The translations under genes and the position numbers were made by a program. Shown in pieces: positions 1 to 7,828 of a stretch of DNA of 25,036 nucleotides. The notes below the pieces were generated by a model. It was not told the DNA's origin, did no database searches, and saw only the letters and a list, made by a program, of their open reading frames with translations. Each line of letters opens with the position of its first letter. The stretch's first letter is position 1. Source of the DNA: a virus (Duplodnaviria; Caudoviricetes); the IMG/VR virus record IMGVR_UViG_3300012122_000008, positions 1 to 25,036 of that record; one strand, given 5' to 3'.

Positions 1-1794
1 ACTGCTTTGTTTGTGGCGCCTAACGCTAGTCTTACTACTCATTCAATTGTTATTCCTGCAGATTCTTTATTCAATCTTCTATGGATTCGTAAGTTTGCTT
101 CACTTCCTGCACCAAAAGCCACACAGAATGGTAAATATGATAATGCTTATTTGCTTAGGCATGGCATTATATTATACAATTGGGTGTGGGACACAGCGCA
201 TTTAATGCACTCATGGCATTCAGAACTTCCGAAGGATTTAGCATTCATTAATGCTTTTGTTCTTCGGAGTGTTCAATATTGGAAAGATCTTGCTGACACT
301 CATGATCTTGAACAATATTATAGATACAATGCAACAGATGGATGGGCAACTGTAAATGCCCTAATTGCATTGATTGAAGAAATGCCTGACTGGGCGAAAC
401 GGAACTATGTTCTAGAGTTCCCAGTTAATTTTCCTTGTATTCTCTATGAAATGACAGGAGAGAAACGAGATGAAGAAAGGCTCAAAGAAAAGAACGCCGA
501 GGTATCGGCTAAAATTGCTAAGGCGGAGATTTCTCTCAGGAAGATGGTCGGGAATGCATCTTTCAACTCGAACTCGCCGAAACAGGTTAAAACCTTACTT
601 ACCATCCTCGGTTGTGAAGATTTGGCTGAAATCTCCTCAGATGAAATCCATCTTAAAAAGGCGATACTGCGTCATCCCCTCAATCAACGTATTCTCACTT
701 CCATTTTAGATATTCGTGGATGGGTAAAATTAGTTTCCACGTATCTTCAAGTTGGAGAGAAAGCAAAAGAATATTCTGGTAGACTTCTCAGTGCAATGAA
801 TCCACATGGAACTGATACTGGACGTTGTGCTAGTAGAGAACATCATTTCTGGTGTGGATTTAATCAACACAATATTCCAATTCGCGAAGGTCCAATTGTT
901 AGAGAAACCTATGTTGCAGATAAAGGGTTTCTTTATGCAGAGTGTGATCTCTCAAAAGCTGAATCCTGGGATACTGCATATATAAGTGGATCTAAAAAGA
1001 TGATTATTGCGGTATCATCGCCGCAAGATTTTCACGCAGTTAACGCCTCCCTGTTCTTTGGTATTTCTTATGACAAAATCTTTGACGATAACACCAGAAA
1101 AGTTTTGGATAAGAAGCTCCGTGATCTCGCAAAGAGGACAAATCATGGAGCAACGTACAACATGGGAGCCCAAGTTCTCATTGATACAATGGGTGAAGAT
1201 AAAATCGAAGAAGCAAGAAAACTTTTGCGTCTATCGAAGCTTTGGTCTCTTACTCAAGTTGCGTTATATCTACTTGAATGTTTTCATAGAGCGTACCCAG
1301 ATATCAGGGAAGTTTATTATCCGTATGTGGTCGCTGAAATCGTCAAAAAGAAGGTGTGGATTTCCAGGGTATACCATCATACGCCTTATAATGAAGCCAA
1401 TTACCCAAATGCCAAAGAATACATAGAAGATGGTGATTGGACTAGATATTGTTTTGGCCATCCTGATAAGAATAAGATGGATCTGAATTCTTATGTTGCG
1501 CATCCGCCGCAATCTTTAAATGCGAGAACTCTGAATGAAGCTTATCTCTTGGTCTTTACCGAAGTTGCACTTCCGGAGGCAGGAAATTTCAAACTCGGTC
1601 CTCAGATACATGACAGTATTAAGTTCCAATTCAGAGACGGCTATATTCATCTCGCTCAAAAAGTCAAACAACTCATGGAGATTCCTGTTACCATTAAGAG
1701 TATCGACAACGTATATCGTACTTTCACTGTTCCCGCCGACCTTAAAATGGGAAAGGATAATAAGGGCGTCAAATACTGGAGTGAAACAGAATGA
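1..1794 (+). CDS. polA: DNA polymerase family A (PolA) with 3'-5' exonuclease domain; 5'-truncated by the window edge
   Basis: Frame is open from base 1. ExoII-like NGKYD, WDT, ExoIII-like YNATD; TDTGRCAS; motif A DLSKAES (946-966); motif B RDLAKRTNHGATYNMG (1120-1167); motif C QIHDS (1603-1617). Confidence 0.95.
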   Translation, partial: TALFVAPNASLTTHSIVIPADSLFNLLWIRKFASLPAPKATQNGKYDNAYLLRHGIILYNWVWDTAHLMHSWHSELPKDLAFINAFVLRSVQYWKDLADTHDLEQYYRYNATDGWATVNALIALIEEMPDWAKRNYVLEFPVNFPCILYEMTGEKRDEERLKEKNAEVSAKIAKAEISLRKMVGNASFNSNSPKQVKTLLTILGCEDLAEISSDEIHLKKAILRHPLNQRILTSILDIRGWVKLVSTYLQVGEKAKEYSGRLLSAMNPHGTDTGRCASREHHFWCGFNQHNIPIREGPIVRETYVADKGFLYAECDLSKAESWDTAYISGSKKMIIAVSSPQDFHAVNASLFFGISYDKIFDDNTRKVLDKKLRDLAKRTNHGATYNMGAQVLIDTMGEDKIEEARKLLRLSKLWSLTQVALYLLECFHRAYPDIREVYYPYVVAEIVKKKVWISRVYHHTPYNEANYPNAKEYIEDGDWTRYCFGHPDKNKMDLNSYVAHPPQSLNARTLNEAYLLVFTEVALPEAGNFKLGPQIHDSIKFQFRDGYIHLAQKVKQLMEIPVTIKSIDNVYRTFTVPADLKMGKDNKGVKYWSETE

Positions 1795-2030
1795 GATTAA
1801 CACAACACCCAAGTAACAATGGTGTACTTTCAGCACCAAAAGAACTATCTCATAATGAATGTTCTGCTGCCCCCATAACACGTGTACAATATAGTGATGG
1901 TAGTATGGAGGTACAAACTTATTGGGAACCAACAGCACTTGAAATTCGAGCACTTCAACAAGGTAAAAAAGTTCGTGTAGCAGTTTTAGGTTTTACAATG
2001 CCTCCAATTCGTGTGGAGATTGAAGAATGA
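1791..2030 (+). CDS. hypothetical phage protein
   Basis: 79 aa, ATGA overlap with the polA stop; WEPT..E..AL..G..V...V.G...PP pattern resembles small conserved phage hypotheticals. Confidence 0.75.
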   Translation: MRLTQHPSNNGVLSAPKELSHNECSAAPITRVQYSDGSMEVQTYWEPTALEIRALQQGKKVRVAVLGFTMPPIRVEIEE

Positions 2031-2254
2031 TTCCAGCTACAGATAAGATTCTAATGAACGTAACCTACATTCATGAAAGATCTGGAGGTGTTTATAGAAC
2101 TGTTCTCATGCTTGTAGATTTTAAAGGTAAAACTAAATGGATTCATGAGCCTGTAGTTGTATATCAAAAACTAGTTAGTTCATTATTCTACGGTAAAACT
2201 GAATCTGAATTTCGTAAAACTTTTACTAGGACTATATCACATGGACGAATCTGA
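2027..2254 (+). CDS. DUF1653-like small phage protein
   Basis: ATGA-coupled, GGAG upstream; pattern YxH..GGxY.......VVY........F...F matches my recollection of DUF1653. Confidence 0.6.
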   Translation: MIPATDKILMNVTYIHERSGGVYRTVLMLVDFKGKTKWIHEPVVVYQKLVSSLFYGKTESEFRKTFTRTISHGRI

Positions 2255-2492
2255 AACAATTCCTTATCCACAGGTGTCTATATCTATTAGATTAAAACCA
2301 GATTCTGCCTGGTTCACTGCGTATATCAGTGTGTTAGAATATCATTCTTTTCTAGCTACTGGAGCGAGTAATGGAATTGAAGCGTTTGAAATTAAGGTAG
2401 TAGAATGGAATTCTGAAAACAATGAATTCCACGACTGTTATATAATTTTTAATCCAACCACAAAGTCTTGGAGAATTGGGCATGACACTTGA
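2241..2492 (+). CDS. hypothetical protein
   Basis: 83 aa ORF tiling the operon, AGGA upstream of ATG; no recognisable motif. Confidence 0.65.
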   Translation: MDESETIPYPQVSISIRLKPDSAWFTAYISVLEYHSFLATGASNGIEAFEIKVVEWNSENNEFHDCYIIFNPTTKSWRIGHDT

Positions 2493-2820
2493 TATACGAG
2501 GTGTTCCATTTTTTAAGGACGGTATTTTAGATCAGGTGACAATTCATTTAAATACACCTGAAGCAATTCATTCTTTTATTCATGACATTATGAATAAGGC
2601 GCTTAATTGCGGTGAAGATTTACCACCAGAATGGAAGGAATTAGCTGATAGAATTGAGCTTGGTAGCAGCAGGCAAGATTATTATAAACAACAAAAGACA
2701 CGAACTAAAGTTATAGAAACTCAGAAGGTAATTCTTACAGAACCATTACCAATTTGTTCTGAATGTGGACAAAAAGGTTATGGTCATATGTATAACTGTC
2801 CGGCGATTCAAAAGAAATAG
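2482..2820 (+). CDS. hypothetical protein with C-terminal CxxC-x6-H-x3-C zinc-knuckle-like motif
   Basis: C-terminal CSECGQKGYGHMYNC; ATG at 2482 preferred over TTG 2476 because GGAG (2470-2473) is at optimal spacing. Confidence 0.7.
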   Translation: MTLDIRGVPFFKDGILDQVTIHLNTPEAIHSFIHDIMNKALNCGEDLPPEWKELADRIELGSSRQDYYKQQKTRTKVIETQKVILTEPLPICSECGQKGYGHMYNCPAIQKK

Positions 2821-2823
2821 CCA

Positions 2824-4071
2824 ATGGCTGATTTCATCTCTGACTATCTGCATTTTTGCAGAGGAACAGAGGTTCCAACATTCTATCGACGATGGTGTGC
2901 GATAGCAGGATTAGGTGCATTGTTGGAAAGACGAGTTTGGTTACCATTTGGAGCTGATAAGATATATGCAAATTTATTTGTAATGTTAATGGGAGAATCT
3001 GGTGCAAGAAAATCTACAGCCATTAAACAATGGACACAAGTTATGTCCGAAGTTGGTTATGAAAATTTTGCCCCAAAGAAGAATTCTGAAGAAGGTTTCA
3101 TTATTAAACTCTCTGAACTCTCTGGAGCAGGAATTTCCGGAGAAGAAATGCTCAATCATAATCTTGGATTCAATGGTACAGATATATTGGCCGACGCAAA
3201 TATCTTTGTTGCAGCCGATGAGTTTAACAATTGGATCGGAGAAGGAAACATAAATTTTGCTTCCTTCCTTGGAGATATGTTTGACCATAATGGAATCTTC
3301 GAATATAAATTAAAAAATTCAAAACCAGTATTTTTTAAGAATGCAACAATTACAATATTAGGAGGTAATACACTTTCAAACCTAATGCGATGTTTCAAGC
3401 CTCATATGCTTGAACAAGGATTCTTCTCTAGAATGTTATTTGTATATTCAGAAAAAAGAACAGATAGAATTTATAAGCCTCATATACCGACCGCTGCAGA
3501 AAGATCAGTTGTTCATAATCACTTGTTAACTCTCATGACAAATTGTATAGGTGAATATGAGATTGAACCTGAGGCAGATAAATTATTGGAAAAGATTTAT
3601 ACCACACAGAAAGATATAGATGATATTAGATTCAAATCCTATTCTAACCGTCGATATATTCATCTTCTTAAGCTTGCTCTTATACATTCTATTAGTGCTG
3701 GTGATAGCAAGATTTCTGCCATTTCAGTTCTCAGAGCCAATACAGTTCTCACATATACTGAAATGTTTATGCCTAAAGCTCTGGGAGAATTTGGGGCATC
3801 TAAACATTCGTCGGTAGTCAATAAAGTTATTCAATACATTGATGCCGCGGAAAGTGTAGTATCTTTTACAGATATTTGGAAACAAGTTCACCAAGATTTG
3901 GATAAAAGAACTGAACTTTCAGAGATTCTTACAAATCTTGCGGCCGCAGAGAAAATACAAATGATTCAATCCTTAGGTTTTCTCCCAAATAAAAAACCAA
4001 TTGATGAATCACATTTAGGTCTTGTTGATTATTCATATCTTACTGAGGAAGAAAGAAGGAAGAAATTATGA
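2824..4071 (+). CDS. DUF3987-type P-loop (AAA+/MCM-like) ATPase, putative replicative helicase
   Basis: Walker A variant GESGARKS, Walker B FVAADEF, ITILGG strand, GFFSR arginine-finger-like motif, probable C-terminal winged helix; located in the polA operon. Confidence 0.75.
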   Translation: MADFISDYLHFCRGTEVPTFYRRWCAIAGLGALLERRVWLPFGADKIYANLFVMLMGESGARKSTAIKQWTQVMSEVGYENFAPKKNSEEGFIIKLSELSGAGISGEEMLNHNLGFNGTDILADANIFVAADEFNNWIGEGNINFASFLGDMFDHNGIFEYKLKNSKPVFFKNATITILGGNTLSNLMRCFKPHMLEQGFFSRMLFVYSEKRTDRIYKPHIPTAAERSVVHNHLLTLMTNCIGEYEIEPEADKLLEKIYTTQKDIDDIRFKSYSNRRYIHLLKLALIHSISAGDSKISAISVLRANTVLTYTEMFMPKALGEFGASKHSSVVNKVIQYIDAAESVVSFTDIWKQVHQDLDKRTELSEILTNLAAAEKIQMIQSLGFLPNKKPIDESHLGLVDYSYLTEEERRKKL

Positions 4072-4493
4072 GTTCATTAATGTGCCCTTCGTGGGTTTCT
4101 GTTCCATTAAAAAACAATGATGGTGAAAGTGTCACTTTTGTTCCAATTCGGTACGATCAGTTTGTTCGTAAGCTTTTTAAGATCCAATCTGATTATAAAA
4201 TGCTCAGTCATGCTGCCCGCGGAATTTGTTCTGAGGCTGGTGAAATTACTGATTGTCTTAAGAAACATCTTGATTATGAACAAGAATTAAACATTACAAA
4301 TCTTATTGAAGAAATTGGTGACATGAGATTTTATTTACAAGCAATTCAAAATTTTTATGGAATCACAGATGATGTTGTACTTCAAGCTAATGCAATGAAA
4401 TTATCTATACGGTATCAAAACCTGGAGTATTCAGATGAACAAGCCAGACTTCGCAGAGACAAAACCGATGGAGATAACCCCTCAACATCCTAA
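4068..4493 (+). CDS. MazG-like nucleotide pyrophosphohydrolase (all-alpha NTP-PPase)
   Basis: GICSEAGEITDCLKK ... EEIGDMRFY (ExxE...ExxD metal ligands) and C-terminal N..KL..RY. Confidence 0.88.
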   Translation: MSSLMCPSWVSVPLKNNDGESVTFVPIRYDQFVRKLFKIQSDYKMLSHAARGICSEAGEITDCLKKHLDYEQELNITNLIEEIGDMRFYLQAIQNFYGITDDVVLQANAMKLSIRYQNLEYSDEQARLRRDKTDGDNPSTS

Positions 4494-4704
4494 TATCTTT
4501 GATTTTTTAGAACAAAATATGGAATATCTAACTGCTGATATGGATCATGAAATATTTGATCCAACAACAGGATCAACATTAACAGAAGATTCAATGACAG
4601 ACGTTAAGTGTGGAGGTTGTTCTGAATTATTATCTTTGGGACAACACATTGCATTTGGTTTATGTTATGCTTGTTGTGAAGAAGCTTTTAAGGATTGCTC
4701 ATGA
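4435..4704 (+). CDS. small acidic protein with C-terminal CxxC...CxxC zinc-finger-like motif
   Basis: CGGC-x14-CYAC; GGAG at 4424-4427; stop overlaps thyX ATG (ATGA). Start could also be 4468. Confidence 0.65.
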   Translation: MNKPDFAETKPMEITPQHPNIFDFLEQNMEYLTADMDHEIFDPTTGSTLTEDSMTDVKCGGCSELLSLGQHIAFGLCYACCEEAFKDCS

Positions 4705-5390
4705 ACATTACTGTAGATAACTCATTCATTGAGGTATTAGATCATGGATATGTTCGTTTGGTTGATTCAATGGGTTCTGATCTTAGTATTGTGCGTAGCG
4801 CTCGCGTTTCTTATTCTGCTGATTGGCGATCTGGCGATGATGAGAAATCGGATGAAAAACTTTTACGCTTCCTCTGGCGGAATAAACACACGTCCCCGTT
4901 TGAGGCTGTGGAGTTCCAGTTTGAAATTAAATGTCCTATTTTCGTTGCTCGTCAGTGGCATCGTCATCGGACTCAATCATACAACGAAGTGAGTGCAAGA
5001 TACACGGAACTGCCTGAAGAATATTATGTTCCTGACACAATTGTTATTGGTAAACAAGATGAAAAAAATAAACAATCTAGAATGATATCTGCTTCTGTTT
5101 CTAATGAATATGGAGATTCAATTTACATTGTAAATGAACACCATAAAAATTGCTTTGAATTGTATAAAGATCTTTTAAAGAATGGATGGCCACGTGAACT
5201 CGCAAGATCAGTTTTACCTATGGCTACTTATACTCGTTTTTTCGCTAAATCTAATTTGCGCAATTGGCTTCATTTCCTTGAATTACGTCTTGATTCTCAC
5301 GCACAATACGAAATCAGAGTGTACGCAGAAGCAATCAAAACCCTCATTCGTCCAATCATTCCTGTAACTTGGGAGATTATGTATGGGTAA
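4701..5390 (+). CDS. thyX: FAD-dependent thymidylate synthase ThyX
   Basis: ARVSY, HTSPFE, PIFVARQWHRHRTQSYNEVSARY (RHR-x7-S-x-R ThyX motif), ELARSVLP, NLRNWLHFLELR, HAQYEIR. ATG 4701 with AAGGA upstream preferred over TTG 4695. Confidence 0.97.
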   Translation: MNITVDNSFIEVLDHGYVRLVDSMGSDLSIVRSARVSYSADWRSGDDEKSDEKLLRFLWRNKHTSPFEAVEFQFEIKCPIFVARQWHRHRTQSYNEVSARYTELPEEYYVPDTIVIGKQDEKNKQSRMISASVSNEYGDSIYIVNEHHKNCFELYKDLLKNGWPRELARSVLPMATYTRFFAKSNLRNWLHFLELRLDSHAQYEIRVYAEAIKTLIRPIIPVTWEIMYG

Positions 5391-5631
5391 CATTACACAA
5401 GCTCCAGTTGTTTATTGCAACAATTGTAAGTTTGCACGAGTTATAAATGACAATAATTTTACTTGTATGTTAAATCCTCCTACTCCTTATCCAATTATTA
5501 ATCAAGTACCTGGTTTAGATCCTAAAATTGTTAAAGTAGAAATTCAAATCATATCAATGAGACCTCCAGTAATAGGAACTGATTTTTGTGTTTATGGTAG
5601 AGCAAAATCTGAATCGGAGTTAGTGCGATGA
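5383..5631 (+). CDS. small Cys-rich phage protein (CxxC...C..NPP...PV...FC), putative metal-binding
   Basis: CNNC, CMLNPP, PPVIGTDFC; GGGAG upstream; coupled to neighbours. Confidence 0.7.
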   Translation: MGNITQAPVVYCNNCKFARVINDNNFTCMLNPPTPYPIINQVPGLDPKIVKVEIQIISMRPPVIGTDFCVYGRAKSESELVR

Positions 5632-6203
5632 ATGCAATGATTATGGTTGATATTGAAACATTGGGTACAAAACCAAATACTGTAATTCTTTCAATTGGAG
5701 CAGTTTATATTAGTCCTGAATTGTTGGTTAGTCATGAATTTTATCGGATTATTGAGAGAAAACAATCACAAGCAGACAGGCATATTGATATTGATACATT
5801 AGAATGGTGGATGCAAAAAGAAAATATTGATAAATATCCTAAAACAGATACTCAATCTCCTTTCTTATCTGAAGCTCTTTATCAGTTTAATGTTTGGTTT
5901 GAGAAGGTATCTAGTACCAACAATATTACTGCTAATAGTATAGAATTTTGGGCTAAAGGAACTGATTTTGATTTTACTATTCTTCGTAATGCATATGAAG
6001 GTCGAGGACTTAAAATTCCTTGGGTATACAATACGATGCGAGATTTAAGAACTGTATTAAAGAGAACGCCAAAAACTGCTTACACTCCTAAAGAAGATAA
6101 TCCTGAATTACATAATGCATTAGGTGATGCTAAATTTCAAGCAAGACAGTTGATTGAGGTTCTTATTTGGGAACATTCAAATGCCAATAGTTCAATTCCC
6201 TGA
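5628..6203 (+). CDS. DEDDh 3'-5' exonuclease (Rv2179c/DUF5051-like)
   Basis: ExoI MVDIETLG...ILSIGAV, ExoII WAKGTDFD, RDLRT, ExoIII HNALGDA. Confidence 0.9.
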   Translation: MNAMIMVDIETLGTKPNTVILSIGAVYISPELLVSHEFYRIIERKQSQADRHIDIDTLEWWMQKENIDKYPKTDTQSPFLSEALYQFNVWFEKVSSTNNITANSIEFWAKGTDFDFTILRNAYEGRGLKIPWVYNTMRDLRTVLKRTPKTAYTPKEDNPELHNALGDAKFQARQLIEVLIWEHSNANSSIP

Positions 6204-6450
6204 AGCATTTATTGAATTTGGCCGAGAAATTCATCAACATCCAGATTTAATGGAAGCAATCAATGCAATGGAGGATAAAGACTTTCCTCTACAAATTGCT
6301 CAAGCTGCTGCATATTGTCAGATTGCATTAGACGGAGTTTATACCCAAGCTGAACTTGTAGGAATTTGTGAAGTTATTATTCGAAGACTTAAAGAGAAAA
6401 GAACTTCATTAATCTTACCAAACGAACATGGTAACTTTGATCTTCATTAA
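6181..6450 (+). CDS. hypothetical protein, last gene of the replication arm
   Basis: Helical 89-aa ORF; ATG 6181 more plausible than 6154; ends 12 nt before the terminator. Confidence 0.7.
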   Translation: MPIVQFPEAFIEFGREIHQHPDLMEAINAMEDKDFPLQIAQAAAYCQIALDGVYTQAELVGICEVIIRRLKEKRTSLILPNEHGNFDLH

Positions 6451-6462
6451 TTCAATAGATGC

Positions 6463-6493
6463 AAAAAAGCCCACCATAAAAAGTGGGCTTTTT
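6463..6493. terminator. bidirectional Rho-independent terminator between convergent arms
   Basis: AAAAAA-GCCCAC-cataaaaa-GTGGGC-TTTTT: GC stem flanked by A-run and T-run, giving a U-tract on both strands, between convergent stops at 6450 and 6509. Confidence 0.92.
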
Positions 6494-6508
6494 CATTTGT
6501 GGAAAAAA

Positions 6509-6847
6509 TTATTTTGGTAATTTTGCTTGAGCTGTTTTCGCTGATTTTTGTAATCTAGTATAACGAATAATTTCATCTTCATTAATAGAATTACATTTCT
6601 CATCCACAGCAATAAATGGATTAATAATTGCAGCAAGACAAGTAGCAGATGGTCGATGACCAGAAACAATTACTCTACCTTTTGGAACTAATTTTCCATC
6701 TTCAAAACAGTTCCAAACATACCAAGTTCCAGAAGTTGTAGTTCCAACAGTGTAAGAAGTGCCAGAACCGCCCCATTCAATTGGAATGCATGCAGCATAT
6801 GAAAGCAATGGAGCACATAGGAATAATGATGCGATTAATGTTTTCAT
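6509..6847 (-). CDS. predicted exported small protein (N-terminal signal peptide, Cys-containing)
   Basis: MKTLIASLFLCAPLLSYA|AC: basic residue, hydrophobic core, small residues at the cleavage site; four Cys in the mature part. Confidence 0.7.
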   Translation of the reverse strand: MKTLIASLFLCAPLLSYAACIPIEWGGSGTSYTVGTTTSGTWYVWNCFEDGKLVPKGRVIVSGHRPSATCLAAIINPFIAVDEKCNSINEDEIIRYTRLQKSAKTAQAKLPK

Positions 6848-7098
6848 CCTGAAATCTGCCCTAAGTATGTGCCAGTGATGCCTGTTGCCATAACTTTTTT
6901 GGGAACAACATCAAGAGTTTGTGTTGGAGTCATTGCAATTGTAATACTTGCGGATTCTAATCCAGTAGTTGCATCAATAACACGAAATACCAAATTACCT
7001 GCTGTAATACAAACAACACGAGTATAATACGGCTGATCGACTGCATCGTCTGGAACAATGATTTTCCCGTGTTTGTACGTTGGAAAAGGTGCACTCAT
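6844..7098 (-). CDS. head spike base protein-like (RcGTA Rcc01079 family-like)
   Basis: VPDDAVDQP..TRV.....GNL.......VPKKVMATGITG resembles the P-SD..DL..TR.....G.L......V..V.ATGTTA pattern I recall for that family. Confidence 0.55.
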   Translation of the reverse strand: MSAPFPTYKHGKIIVPDDAVDQPYYTRVVCITAGNLVFRVIDATTGLESASITIAMTPTQTLDVVPKKVMATGITGTYLGQISG

Positions 7099-7586
7099 TA
7101 TTTAGCTCCATTCTTAGCTTGAATCATGTTAGTGATAAATGGCATAATGTTGGTAACGGCGCGTTCACCAAACAAAAAGCCGAGGACTAGAAAATTAACA
7201 ACCCAAAATGCATTTGAGATAATTGGATCGTCTAGTTTCCAACTTGCAGAGAATACTTGATAATCTAGAAGAATTGTAGCAAATCCCCAAACTGGTCGCT
7301 GAGAGCCGCGCAAAAATAACATTACTGCGCCAAGAACTGGAATTGATTTCAAATCTGAGGCAGTACCCTCATACATTGCAATTCGTTCATTCAACGTTTT
7401 CTCTGCTTCATTTTGAGCTTTATTGAATTCAATAGCACGTTGTAATTCAATTTGTTGGGCGGCGAGTTGAATGTTTGCTTTTTGTTCTGGACTCATGTCC
7501 GGAGGAAAGTAATCTTTAATTGTATCAACGATTACTTTACCTAATCCACCAGTTGCAATTTCAGCTAGACCAGCAAAGAAGCTCAT
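7098..7586 (-). CDS. putative holin (3TM/GTA-type holin-like membrane protein)
   Basis: N-terminal amphipathic segment, IKDYFPP, coiled coil, then RP-WG and two hydrophobic helices ending GFLFGER. Start moved to ATG 7586 (AAGGA upstream, follows stop of the 7588 ORF). Confidence 0.65.
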   Translation of the reverse strand: MSFFAGLAEIATGGLGKVIVDTIKDYFPPDMSPEQKANIQLAAQQIELQRAIEFNKAQNEAEKTLNERIAMYEGTASDLKSIPVLGAVMLFLRGSQRPVWGFATILLDYQVFSASWKLDDPIISNAFWVVNFLVLGFLFGERAVTNIMPFITNMIQAKNGAK

Positions 7587-7587
7587 G

Positions 7588-7827
7588 TTAGTTTCCTTGT
7601 GCAGTGGCTTGTTTAATCTTCTCACAAACAACTGTTGACTTATCTCTTAACAATTGGAGTAATCGATTCTTTGTCATTACAAGTAGAATTGCTGGATTCC
7701 CAATTTCCTCAACCATTGCTACAAGATAATCATCTAGCTTTGTTTGAACGTTAATACCTTCTGGAGCAATAGAGTAAGAAATTTGAGGATTATTCCAGTG
7801 ACGAGAGATAACAACTTTATCAACCAT
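7588..7827 (-). CDS. hypothetical protein
   Basis: 79 aa, tiles with 1-nt gaps on both sides. Confidence 0.7.
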   Translation of the reverse strand: MVDKVVISRHWNNPQISYSIAPEGINVQTKLDDYLVAMVEEIGNPAILLVMTKNRLLQLLRDKSTVVCEKIKQATAQGN

Positions 7828-7828
7828 A

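Noticed and set aside
11-1816. Four alternative-frame ORFs inside polA (11-205, 470-709, 1007-1426, 1535-1816), all in the same shifted frame; similar ones in the ATPase and thyX
   Set aside because: Expected from codon bias: preference for NTT over NTA/NTG codons depletes stops in that frame; products lack motifs and clear RBSs.
1-4493. Z-genome (2-aminoadenine) system suggested by PolA plus MazG-like gene
   Set aside because: No PurZ or HD-domain DatZ in the window, and the MazG-like protein looks like the common phage type.
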